Assembly (NCBI RefSeq): GCF_018350175.1
Contig: NC_058382.1
Coordinates: forward strand, 52,950,001-53,014,000
Length of the DNA: 64,000 nt
Source: Felis catus
Taxonomy: Eukaryota
Reading direction: 5' to 3'
Shown here in pieces: positions 53,371 through 64,000 of this stretch (the stretch's first letter is position 1; each line of letters starts with the position of its first letter). Below the pieces are notes generated by a model. The model had not been told where the DNA came from. It did not search any database and saw only the letters and a program-made list of their open reading frames with translations. The position numbers and the translations under genes were made by a program.

Positions 53371-53376
53371 AATAAA
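53371..53376 (+). terminator. Possible second (distal) WWOX poly(A) signal
   Basis: AATAAA followed ~30 nt later by gttcttgtttcttcttctctgagtttgttttgtttttgtg. Confidence 0.5.
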
Positions 53377-53999
53377 GCGCTTCTTGTAGACGCCAGGAAA
53401 ACACCGTTCTTGTTTCTTCTTCTCTGAGTTTGTTTTGTTTTTGTGCTTTGTGGCTGTCTGTGGGCCAAGTTGTCTCCCGCGATTAGCATGCCAGCATCAT
53501 ATTTTCTGCAGAAGAAAGAAGAGAAAAAGAAAAATGACTATTGTTTAATTTCACCTGAGAGGTTTTGTTATTACTCGCGGGTTATTTCAGTCCTCAATGG
53601 CTTGCTCCCCCTGCAATTACCAAGTTCTCGGTGATTAGAGACTCTATCTGTGCATCAGAATGGGGGCGATTGAGGTCTCTTTCTAACTAACCCCCTTTCC
53701 CATTCCAGCAGGGAGATAGGCAAATCCACAATGGCATGACAGAATGCTTTGGCCAAAATACCAAGCGGTAGGGTACGTGTGTGTATGTCATTGTTCATCC
53801 TGACGATGGCAGTTTCGGGTCAGGCAACGTCATGAGTCTCTGGGCCTCTGGCCCTGTGGTACGGGCAAACGCCAGTGCTTTCCAGGGCTCTGAGCCTGGC
53901 ACGTCCTCTCCTCTGGCTACAGTCTCCCTAACAAAATCCTTATTATCGCAGCTCCTTTAAAACCATGAACCTGATAATGTCGCTTTTCTGGTCCAAACC

Positions 54000-54450
54000 C
54001 TCTAGAGTTTCTGAGGTTGACTGTTTGCAAAGTGGTGCTCACAGTTCTCCTCCTGGTCCCCACACCTTGGACAGTCCTCTACTACACCGGCTCTGGCCTG
54101 GGCCACATGACTTGCTTTAGAAAATTTGAAAAGTGCCTGTGCACTGGGGCCTGCCTTTGCAACTCTGGAACCACGATCAGGTGAATGAGCCTGGGATAGC
54201 CTGCTGGACGATGACATGTGGTTGCTACCCTAAGTGACATCAAGCTAACCATTGGACCTGTGAGTGAGGCCACCCCAGACTAGTCAACCCCAGCCAAGCC
54301 AACCGAGATGAGAAGCTCCCCAACCCCAATAAGAAGAACCCAGATAAGAAGCTCCCAGATCCACAGAACTGAAAAAAAAAATGAAAGTTTGTTATCTTAA
54401 GCCACAGAGTTTGATCATTACTTGTTACGCAGCAGATACTAACTGATACA
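54000..54450 (+). mobile_element. MLT1-type LTR
   Basis: cctgtgagtgaggccacccc...atccacagaactg...ttgttatcttaagccacagagtttg...ttgttacgcagcagatactaactgataca terminus. Confidence 0.8.
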
Positions 54451-54455
54451 ACTTC

Positions 54456-54730
54456 TCATCTCAGTGAGTAAAGTCCATATTTTTTACCATACCCTAGGGA
54501 TTCTTTCATAAACTGGTTCCCAGCTAGCTTTTCAATCTCATGTTCTAGCACTTTCTCCTCACCCGCTACATGAAGCCAATCTAGCCTTCTTGGGTTCCTG
54601 AAATATGCCAAGCACACTCCCCGCTCAAGGACTTTGTACTTGCTGTTCCCTCTGCCAAAATGCTTTTCTTCCAGAGACCTGCATGGCTTCCTCTCATACC
54701 ACATTCTGGTTTCTGCTTAGATGTTACCCC
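54456..54730 (+). mobile_element. L2 3' fragment
   Basis: ttcctgaaatatgccaagcacactccccgctcaaggactttgtacttgctgttccctctgccaaaatgc. Confidence 0.75.
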
Positions 54731-54912
54731 TTTCTGATGAGGTGATATCCAACATATCAAAGTGAACTAAGGGAGAATGTGCTGCCTACCTGCCTCCTTG
54801 CACTGTTAAGTTTGCTGTGCTGCCTGATTTCCATATGGATCCTGCATCAGGAGGATGAGATGAGGCTTGGGGGAACCTGAGGTGAGGATTCCCCCGAATC
54901 AAGAACCTCTCA

Positions 54913-55103
54913 GGGTGCCTGGGTGGCTCAGTTGGTTAAACATCTCCCTTTGGATCAGGTCATGATCTCACGGTTTATGAGTTCAAGCTCTGCATCTTCT
55001 CTTTCTCTCTCTCTGTCCTTTCTCTCTTACCCTTCCCCACTTGTGCGCGCGCGCTCTCTCTCTCTCTCTCTCTCAAAATAAATAAATAAACTTAAAAAAA
55101 AAA
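54913..55103 (+). mobile_element. CAN-SINE (internally deleted)
   Basis: SINE head, (CT)n, AATAAA tail. Confidence 0.88.
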
Positions 55104-55350
55104 GAGGCTCTCTAAGTCAGGTAGACTAAGTCTTCATTTACTCATTCACTCAACAAACATATACTCTGTGCTCCATTGTGGAAACCCAGGGTTGAGGGTA
55201 ACCATAGAAGAATTTACATCTCGGGTCTGTAGGCTTCTTCACCTTGCACGAGATGAGCAAGTGCCAAGGTGAGCAAGCAGGTGGGCAAGAGCCTCACTCC
55301 TTCTTTAGCTTATTCTAAGTCCGAGGCTGCTAGTGCTCAGCAGAGGCCAG

Positions 55351-55352
<2 letters not shown>

Positions 55353-55405
<53 letters not shown>

Positions 55406-55414
55406 TGTGTGTGT
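55353..55414. repeat. (GT)n microsatellite
   Basis: Direct reading. Confidence 0.95.
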
Positions 55415-56317
55415 TACAAAGAGCATATATGTAATATTTATGTACAGGTAATATATATTTTAATCCTATAATAGTGATCCTACCCTACCATTGTCAGTAC
55501 TAACTGCAGATACTGTGTAGCGAATATGTGCCACTTGCTGGTCTAGGCACATCACGCTCACTTCATGCTCACATCATGGGACTGAGGTTTACAGAAACAA
55601 AGTAACCTACCGACAGTCCCATAGCGGGGGAGTAGCAGAATCTGCATTGGAATCCAGGTCTATCACCTTCAAATCCACGCGACTTCTGCTACATCCCACT
55701 GTTTAACGAGTAGCCTATCGACCAGCAGTCGATGCCCACTGAATTTATACAACGAGTGAACTATTCACGAAGGAAGATTATTTGGCGTGTTACCCAAGCA
55801 CAGGACCTGGCCGTCCTCCCGGTGCCCAGCGCCTAGTATAGACCTGACAAATTATTTCTGTACATGCCATTTAACCGGCGTCAGCCCCACGGACCTTTTC
55901 TCTTGTCCCGGTTGTCTGCATCTGGCCTTGGTTCCTTAGGATTAGCTTCTAATGGACTCAAAGTCCAGAGTTCTCCACCATTGCCCAGCACCATAGAATC
56001 CACCCAGAACAGGAGGAGAGAGCCAGTTTCCCGACAGCCATCTTCTTTGGAGGCACTCTCTCCCCCAAAGGCGGCCGATTTTCACTTCCATGGCTGATTA
56101 AGAGAGACCCCTCTATCAATAGGAAATCAGAAATTGAAGCATCCCCGGTAAAGGCTGAAGCTGTGGCTTGTGGTTTCGCTGTTTTCAAATGGGGTTATGG
56201 GTGGTTTTGTTTTGAACTTCAGTGAAGGAGGCCTGATTACTTTCATTAAGGTCAGCACTAGGCCAGAAAGCCTTGGCTTGTAAACTGTCTGCCCATTCTG
56301 GTCACCAGCAGGGACCA

Positions 56318-56559
56318 TTTTTATTTTTTTAATTTTTTATTTAATTTTTTTTAACGTTTATTTTTTTATTTTTGAGACAGAGAGAGACACAGCATGAACG
56401 GGGGAGGGGCAGAGAGAGAGGGAGGCACAGAATCGGAAGCAGCCTCCAGGCTCCGAGCCATCAGCCCAGAGCCCGACCCGGGGCTCGAACTCGCGGACCG
56501 CGAGATCGTGACCTGAGCTGAAGTCGGACGCTTAACCGACTGAGCCACCCAGGCGCCCC
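56318..56559 (-). mobile_element. Young CAN-SINE; (CA)n follows at 56583-56623
   Basis: CpG-rich intact antisense SINE. Confidence 0.93.
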
Positions 56560-56580
56560 AAATTTTTAGAAGTTTGCATT

Positions 56581-56626
<46 letters not shown>

Positions 56627-57472
56627 CACGTCTAAAATCACGATACTTCTCCCATGTGTTAACTCTTTGTGCCTTTCAACATGCCCAAGCTAGGTTGGTT
56701 GGGTTCATTTTAGAATAGTAAGAGATATCACAAAGTATTTTCCACATGATCACTTAAAACACTGCTCTGAATTACGCCTGATGATGAGATAATGTGCTAA
56801 CACTGAAGCAGTTCTTAAAAAGGGAAAGAAAGGCTCCAAGACCACCATTCCAACACAGACAGTTTCTTCTTTGTTTACTACGTTGGAAGTCTTCAGACTA
56901 CTGGGTTTCCTGTCCCCTCTTTTCCCATTCTTCCTTCCTCAAATTATCTCATTCCTTAGTTTTCCATAATTGTAATGGACCCGGATATATCCTCTTGCTG
57001 GTGGGTTATCATTTGGAAATTCGCATGATGGGGCATTTAGGTCATTTCTAGTTTTTGCTGTTAGAACTAATGGCTTCATTAGCATCTCTACGCACACAGC
57101 CTTTCCCTCCTGTCATTTAACCTCCCCAGCATACATTTGCAGATAGGGAACTATTGGGTCTAAGCGCTCTTATTTGGCTCTTGCTGTATATTGCCTGTTG
57201 TCATCTGGAAGGGCTACAACCAGCAGAACGTGCATGTTTCTGTGTTTTTTTACAACCTCATCGGTGTTGGGTGTTGCCATTTAATTTTTTTTTTTTAACA
57301 TTTTGACTTCACATTTTCACCATCTGTAACTATTTATACAAAACACTCCCAAGCAGACGGTCTCCTTATTTAAGGCAGGAGCATTTTGTCTTTCATTTCC
57401 CCACGGGACCCCGTTCACCATTTTAATTAGAGTGGAAATTCCAGGTGAGCCTACGTTTGGTTTGGGTACGTC

Positions 57473-57677
57473 TTCAACGTTTATTTATTTTTGGGACAGA
57501 GAGAGACAGAGCATGAACGGGGGAGGGGCAGAGAGAGAGGGAGACACAGCATCGGAAACAGGCTCCAGGCTCCGAGCCATCAGCCCAGAGCCCGACGCGG
57601 GGCTCGAACTCACGGACCGCGAGATTGTGACCTGGCTGAAGTCGGACCCTTAACCGACTGTGCCACCCAGGCGCCCC
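57473..57677 (-). mobile_element. Young CAN-SINE lacking A-tail
   Basis: Body intact; ends at ...aaataaacgttgaa with no poly(A). Confidence 0.92.
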
Positions 57678-58151
57678 GGGTTTATAGATTTCAAAATAAA
57701 TTCTTGATAAATCTCTTATCAAGACTTATGATCCTGCATTCAGTGAACCAATATCCTGTGGTGGCAAGATCATTTTCTTCTTATTGGAGAGTTAAGTTTC
57801 CTCCACGACCATATTCGTTAATATAAATAAAATATAAATATATTTGCATAAGATTTCAGGGGGAGGTGGCTTGGTTATTTTCTTAGCATGGACCCCAAAG
57901 AGCATGCAGGGTCAAACAAGTATGGAAATTTTTAAGGCTCCTGGCAAGATGCCTTTTCTGAGCTGCCCACAAGGCTGGTTGGAATCCCTGCCAAGTGGTC
58001 TTCTAGAAGAGCAGGTGTGTTTTGACCCAGGTGCATTTGCTGTTGACCAGTTCATTTTCCCCAGATACTCTGCCCCTGGGGCTTGGAAGTGTTGACCTCA
58101 CTCAGGGCTGCCTGTCAAAGTCCTGGGGCATGGGGGGGCATGGGGGGGCAT

Positions 58152-58316
58152 GGGGGCGCCTGGGTGGCTCAGTCGGTTAAGCATCCGACTCTTGATTTCG
58201 GCTCAAGTCATGATCCCAGGCTCATGGGAATCAAGCCCCACATCAGGCTCCACGCTGTTAATGCAGACTGCTTGGGATACTCTCCCCTTCTCTTTCTCTC
58301 TCTCTCCCCTGCCCTT

Positions 58317-58369
<53 letters not shown>

Positions 58370-58398
58370 AAATAAATAAACCTAAAAAAATTTAAAAA
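58152..58398 (+). mobile_element. CAN-SINE with long (CT)n
   Basis: SINE body; TSD aaa(g/a)tcctgggg(c/t)atgg. Confidence 0.9.
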
Positions 58399-59179
58399 CT
58401 AAAATCCTGGGGTATGGAACACTCTTTCCCTCTGGAACCAAGACGGAAGAGGACAGGAGCTTTGCGTCAGCGAAATCGAAAAGGCTGAATGTGAAAGAAT
58501 CCAGCTAAATTTTGGGTCAGCCGTTTTTGCCAGCTTCTGGTAGTGTTACAGTATTAATTGTTCTGCTCTTTCAGAACCTACTGAGAAAGTTTGAAGACTT
58601 TCTTGGCGACGCTGGTAAATGCTCAGAATTCCCAGCCTGGTTTTCTGAGACAGAGCTCGCCCTTAAGACGTGGTCCGGGGGAATTTAACTGGTGTGGCCT
58701 AGATTTGAAGGATTTTATGATGAAGCACTTGGCTTCTCCCTCTTATTAGTGGCTGCCTTCAAACCCACTTCAGGGAGACAGGCTGAGCAGATCCTTCTAG
58801 ATGATTTAGGAAAATTTTCATTCAGATCACCCTTTTTCCCCAAACAAGATTCCCTAACCTTCTAGAAGCCTGCATACACGTCCCAAAATATTCCCGACGA
58901 CTTCAAAGCTTCAGCACTCTCAAAACATAGAAATAACAGACATGGAAAAGCAGCAGCAATGTACAGCTTTATATTTATACAGTCCTACATGTCTATCTTT
59001 ATCTCGATATGCTAAATCTCAATGTAAAAATAGGCACTATTAGTGATAATAAGTACTATTTAAAATAAAATTATAGTGAGCATTTTTAAAAATAAAAACC
59101 AGACCCTCTGACCCAGAAATTCAAGTTCTAAGTGTTAATCCTAAAACAAGACAGTTCTCCCAGCCTGGACAGATGTAGC

Positions 59180-59272
59180 AGTGTTTGTGAGTATGTGTTT
59201 GTGAGTGTTTGTGAGTATGTGTTTGTGAGTGTTTGTGAGTATGTGTTTGTGAGTGTGTGTGTGTGTGTGTGT
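59180..59272. repeat. 24-bp minisatellite x3 (gtgtttgtgagtatgtgtttgtga) running into (GT)n
   Basis: Direct reading; gives SVCEYVFV x3 in the ORF track. Confidence 0.9.
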
Positions 59273-59517
59273 GCGCGCCATGCACACAGATATGTCAAGA
59301 GCTTTGGAATCTGAAAACTGCACTAACATACTAATGGATCTGAAAAGCCTTACTTTTGAAAATAAGCAATTTAACGATGTTTAACCCCAAACCCCTTGAA
59401 CACAGGTCATTGCTTTTTAAGATACTAACAGAAACAATAGTGTTCTCCAGGACGCAGGTGGAAAAATGTTTTTCTTAGAGCAATAATAATAATAATAACG
59501 AATAATAATAATGTTGA

Positions 59518-59717
59518 GGGATGCCTGGATGGCTCAGTTGCTAAGCATCTGACTTTGGCTCAGGTCATGATCTTGTGGTTTGTGGGTTCGAGCCCTGCGT
59601 CAGGCTCTGTGCTGACGGCTCGGAGGCTGGAGCCTGCTTGTCCACCCCTCCCCTGTTCATGCTCTCTCTCTCTCTCTCTCTCTCTCTCAAAAAAATTTTT
59701 TAAAACTTAAAAAAAAA
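59518..59717 (+). mobile_element. CAN-SINE
   Basis: SINE body; TSD aatgttga. Confidence 0.88.
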
Positions 59718-60933
59718 TGTTGAAAAACTGAGATCAATTGAAATCTCTCACTTGGAGGCAGGCCTCCCTGATTACCACAAAATGATGTTGTGGAAGAAAT
59801 GTGATTGGCTGAAATGACGTTTTAACATATTAGGTGGAAAAAATGCAGGTTATGAAAGAGTCGATAAGGTATGATCCCATTTTTGTGAAAAAAAATGGGC
59901 ATTTGTGCTTCTGTACCTATAAATTATGCATTAAGAGAAAGGACTGAACGGCGTTACTAACGGTTATCTCTGGCGAGAGGAAACGTAAGTGATTTTTTGT
60001 CTTTACGGTTATCTGCATTTCCCACATTTTCGACAATCCAAGTATGTCCCGCCACATTTTAAAAAGGAAAAGTTATCAAAAGAAAAGGCGAAACGTGCCA
60101 ATGATTTCGTAGACGTGCCCAGCTGCTTCCTGAACCATTAGAGCACAGCTGGGGGCTGATTCGAGTCCCGTCATGGGTCCTCCAGAAGGTTCTCCGGGGC
60201 TGGCACAGTGACACAAACAGAATGGCAGAGGCTGGGGGACTTTCGGGACTGCCTGACACCAAGTACACGCGAGAAACAAAAGCAGCTCCATTATTTTGGG
60301 TCGCTTCGTGTCTTAAAATAACTGGCCGGCGGTCGGAATGATACTCTCGCGGCGGTGTGTGTTCAAATACCACGTCCCTGTGGCTTTGGCCAGGTGAGTG
60401 GCCAATAAGAGTCTCTCTCCGCCTGAGCCTGACATTCTGCCAGGGCTGAAACACAAGCTCCCACTGTTCAATTCCTCACCTCTCCACCTCCGTGCACTCC
60501 TCTTAACCTTGAACGTTCATAGCCAGCTCTTGCAGATGCCGGACGGCGGTCCTATGCCAACCCCCCCTCTCACTTTTCCTACTAGCGTTGCTTATTAAAA
60601 CTTTGTACTAAGCGATAAGCCAAAGTATTGATTCTGTCCATCCACCTGATGTCTGCTAATGCAAAATCTCTTTTAAAATATTGCTTGTTGGAAAAGTAAA
60701 GCTAGATATGCTATGTTATACTACATAAATATAATCATCCAAAAAAACCTTGAAAAAGGGATTAGGATGTAAAAATATCACCAGTGGCCATAGAGCTCCT
60801 GAGTGAAGTCCTAGGTGTGGACAGCCTCTCTTGGAATCTGGACAATAACGTAGGATTTGGGGACTTGCAATGACTTTTTCTTGAGTTTTATGACATTCTA
60901 TTTGGAAGAAAAGAATGAAAAGTACACCAGCTA

Positions 60934-61122
60934 GGGGCACCTGGGTGGCTCGGTCGGGTAAACACCCTACTTCCGCTCAGGTCACGATCTCACAGTCCGT
61001 GAGTTCGAGCCCAGAGCCTGGAGCCTGCTTCGGATTCTACGTCTCCCTCTCTCTCTCTCTCTGCCTCTCCCCAGCTCGTGCTCTGTCTCTGTCTCTCAAA
61101 ACAAATATTTAAAAAAAAAATG
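60934..61122 (+). mobile_element. CAN-SINE with internal deletion, TSD aaaagtacacca
   Basis: gagttcgagcc joined directly to cagagcctgg. Confidence 0.9.
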
Positions 61123-62020
61123 TAAAAGTACACCATCTAGAAAAAAAAGAAAAACTAAAAAAATAACGTTTCATCCGACAACTATCCCTCTAAATGAGAG
61201 CAGGATCAGTGACAAATGGCCTCACCAGCCCTCGCTCTGACTTTTAACTCCAGGACAGTATGCTGAACTGATCTTTCGCAAGGCTTTGGAGAGCATCGCC
61301 TCACAGACCGGCCCGAGCGTGTGACCGCAATTTCACTTTTTCAGACTGGGTTTCGCGATGCCTGAGACCCCGCTTCTCACCGGCCGGTGCCCTTTTTAGT
61401 CGTGGCATCTCTGCTCATTCACACTTTTACAAGACACACACGCAGTGTGAAGGTAGAACGGAAGGGCCGTCTGCTCACATTCGGCGCGGATGAAACCTCA
61501 AACCTTTCTCCTAAGCGTCCACGCAGGCTGGGTCGTGAGGCACTTTGCTCCGGGAGACCAATGTGACGGCGGTGGTGGGGTGTGGGTGTAGCTGACGGCC
61601 CCTCTCAGGGCTTCGACCCGGGTGCACTTTTGTGGAAATCAGAGCCGGGAGATCACTTACATCGACTCCCCAGAGGGCGACGACCCCAGCGGTTGTGCTA
61701 AGTGGATCCCCTTTTCACCTCCCAGCAACACTATGCTGGGTCTGAGATGGGGCAAGTCAGTAACACCAAGGCGGGATATTAGGTGTCGACAGAGGGATCA
61801 CGAAGAACAAAAATATTCTTGGAGAAAGAATATAAGGCAGAAGAGAAAGCCTAGTGAGATGGCCCTGGTTTCCGGCCTCACCTGCCCAGTGATGTGACGC
61901 TGGGGCATCATTTGCCTTCCCCCAGCGCCCAGGCCCAGGGACTTGTGAGGATGAAGCCTGGTTCATAGAAGCAGGTTAGTAACTAATTTAATTTAATTTA
62001 TTATTTATTTATTAATTTTA

Positions 62021-62245
62021 TTTATTTAAAAAAAAAATTTTTAACGTTTATTTATTTTTGAGACAGAGAGAGATAGAGCACGAACGGGGGAGGGTCAGAG
62101 AGAGAGGGAGACACAGAATCAGAAACAGGCTCCAGGCTCTGAGCAGTCAGCACAGAGCCCGACGCGGGGCTCGAACCCACGGACCGCGAGATCGTGACCT
62201 GAGCCGAAGTCGGACGCTCAACCGACTGAGCCACCCAGGCGCCCC
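62021..62245 (-). mobile_element. Young CAN-SINE, TSD tatttattaatttta
   Basis: Intact antisense SINE. Confidence 0.93.
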
Positions 62246-62810
62246 TATTTATTAATTTTAAATCCCTCCTCCTTAGACCAGAATCACTGTCCTTCCCTTT
62301 TGGGAACAGGGCTTGATGGAGCCATAAAAACAGCAGTGACAGTAACAATTGTGGGGGGTGGGCTCATGGATGCTCAAGAGTCATCTAGAAGACAGGCATT
62401 TTGCAGAGCATCTCCTTGAGGGTCTACTAAAGACTGGCCCTGTCCCTGTATCTGCAGTTTGAGCTCCCGTTGTAGCTGGGATTCACCCTGCACTTTGAGG
62501 GGGCTCCTGCTCTGCCGAGGGCACCAGAGCCATGAAAGTGTCCGAAAGTTACGAACAGCCTGAGCCCAGGGCCGGATGCTCTGCGCCGGGCAGGGACGGG
62601 GCACTAATGGTGCGCGGTATGGAGGGTACCTCGGTCCATCTGTGGACAGGGGAGTGAGGACGAGGCCAACAGAGCCCAGGAATGGCGAGTTGCTCGAGCC
62701 CTGGGGTTGCTGTTGAGCCATCCAGAGGAGTGGCCGCGGGCTGCAGCTTGGTGCTGCACAAAGCATCTAACGAAAACGTCTCCCTCTGGGACTCCTCTCC
62801 TCTCCATTCC

Positions 62811-63046
62811 ATTTATTTTATTTTTATTTTATTATTACTTTTAATTTTTTTTTTTTAATTTATTTTGAGAGCGAGAGAGAGCACAAGTAGGGGAGGGGCA
62901 CAGAGAAGGAGAGACAGAATCCCAAGCAGGCTCTGCACCATCAGCGCAAAGCCCACTGCGGGGCTCGAACGCACAAACGGGGAGATCGCGACCTCAGCCG
63001 AGACCAGGAGTTGGACGCTTAACCAGCTGAGCCACCCAGGTGCCTC
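62811..63046 (-). mobile_element. CAN-SINE
   Basis: Antisense SINE; TSD-like cctctccatt on both sides. Confidence 0.9.
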
Positions 63047-64000
63047 ACCTCTCCATTTCAGAGTGCAAGGCACTGGGTTTTATCCTAACCTCAGGGTGAG
63101 TCAGGTCCTAAATTCACTCTTCCATAGAATGAGCTGATTTCTGTGGCTCCGAGCTAGCAGCAGCCTGTGTATTAATTTAACTCCATTTTTATAGGTCTTT
63201 TGCATGCCGGGTGAAGCACACGGCACTACCATCTAATTAAAAGGAATGCTTATCAATTTGCAGGATAGTCGCTTATGGGAAGGCATTATAATAAAAACAC
63301 TACACCAAATCCTCCATTCTGAAGAGGTAAACATCAATCACCTAGTGAGAATATTAGCATTTAATCATACACTTGCTGAGCGAATCTGTAGAAACATTCT
63401 TGCCTTGAGAAACATCCCCGGTTCTTAAACAGTTAACTTTCTAGAATGGAATTGCACAGAGCCTTTCTGAAGATCGGACGCAGGAGGAGGTAATGACAAG
63501 GGTAGCTGTTTCTGGCGCCCTAATTTGGCCAGGACTTCTGTCCTTTGGCATGCTAAGGCGGGCTGCTTCTGCGGGTACCACTGGCAGCGACAGAGAGGAT
63601 GTGCAGGATGTGTGACCCACACACATGACTGAGGCATAAACGCTATGGCTCAGAGACTGTTTCGGCACTGGACTAGACATCAGGCACAGGAAGCCTGGCC
63701 TTGACCCCACCCTTGCCTTGCTGGGTGGCCTTGAGCAAACTGGGCAAGCCTTAGTTTTATCATCTGTGAAAACAGACCCACTGACTTCAAAAAATTGCTA
63801 CAGTCATGAGAGACCTTGCAGTATAACGGAATGAGCACGGGTCAAATCCTGGTGCTACAGGTGATCAACCCTCAGCCAGAAAAAAAAATGCCTCGCTGTG
63901 TCTACAAAGAGGATGCCCTGAAAATGCCCACTCTGCATGCTTGTTCTCGGAGACTGAAAAAAATCAATCAAGCAGGGGGAGAATAGTTGACAGTCAGGCT

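Noticed and set aside
59180..59272. Regularly spaced repeat, CRISPR-like at a glance
   Set aside because: Eukaryotic GT-derived minisatellite with no unique spacers.

Overview
Mammalian genomic DNA from a feliform carnivore, very probably a cat/felid, judged from about 30 tRNA-derived CAN-SINEs with felid-type diagnostic sequence. The window covers the last ~52 kb of the giant intron 8 of WWOX (+ strand), the WWOX terminal coding exon (52133-52321; [12 protein letters not shown]...GSQSG*), its ~1 kb 3' UTR with AATAAA at 53255, and ~10.7 kb of downstream sequence towards MAF. This is the only protein-coding exon I can support; nearly all other ORFs in the track are chance or repeat-derived. 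The rest is repeats (CAN-SINEs with TSDs, MIR, L1, L2, a CR1/L3 fossil, MER58, MLT LTRs, microsatellites) and AT-rich, motif-dense blocks that look like conserved enhancers. The most interesting signal is on the minus strand: two complete cleavage/polyadenylation sites inside WWOX intron 8 (~43.3 and ~44.5 kb) with UGUA and Pumilio-element clusters, plus strong minus-strand splice acceptors (45769, 50272, 53506), all within a 13.7 kb CAN-SINE-free zone. This suggests a spliced antisense transcript running through the WWOX 3' end, plausibly far-distal 3' exons of MAF. Repeat family names are by eye; no database search was run.
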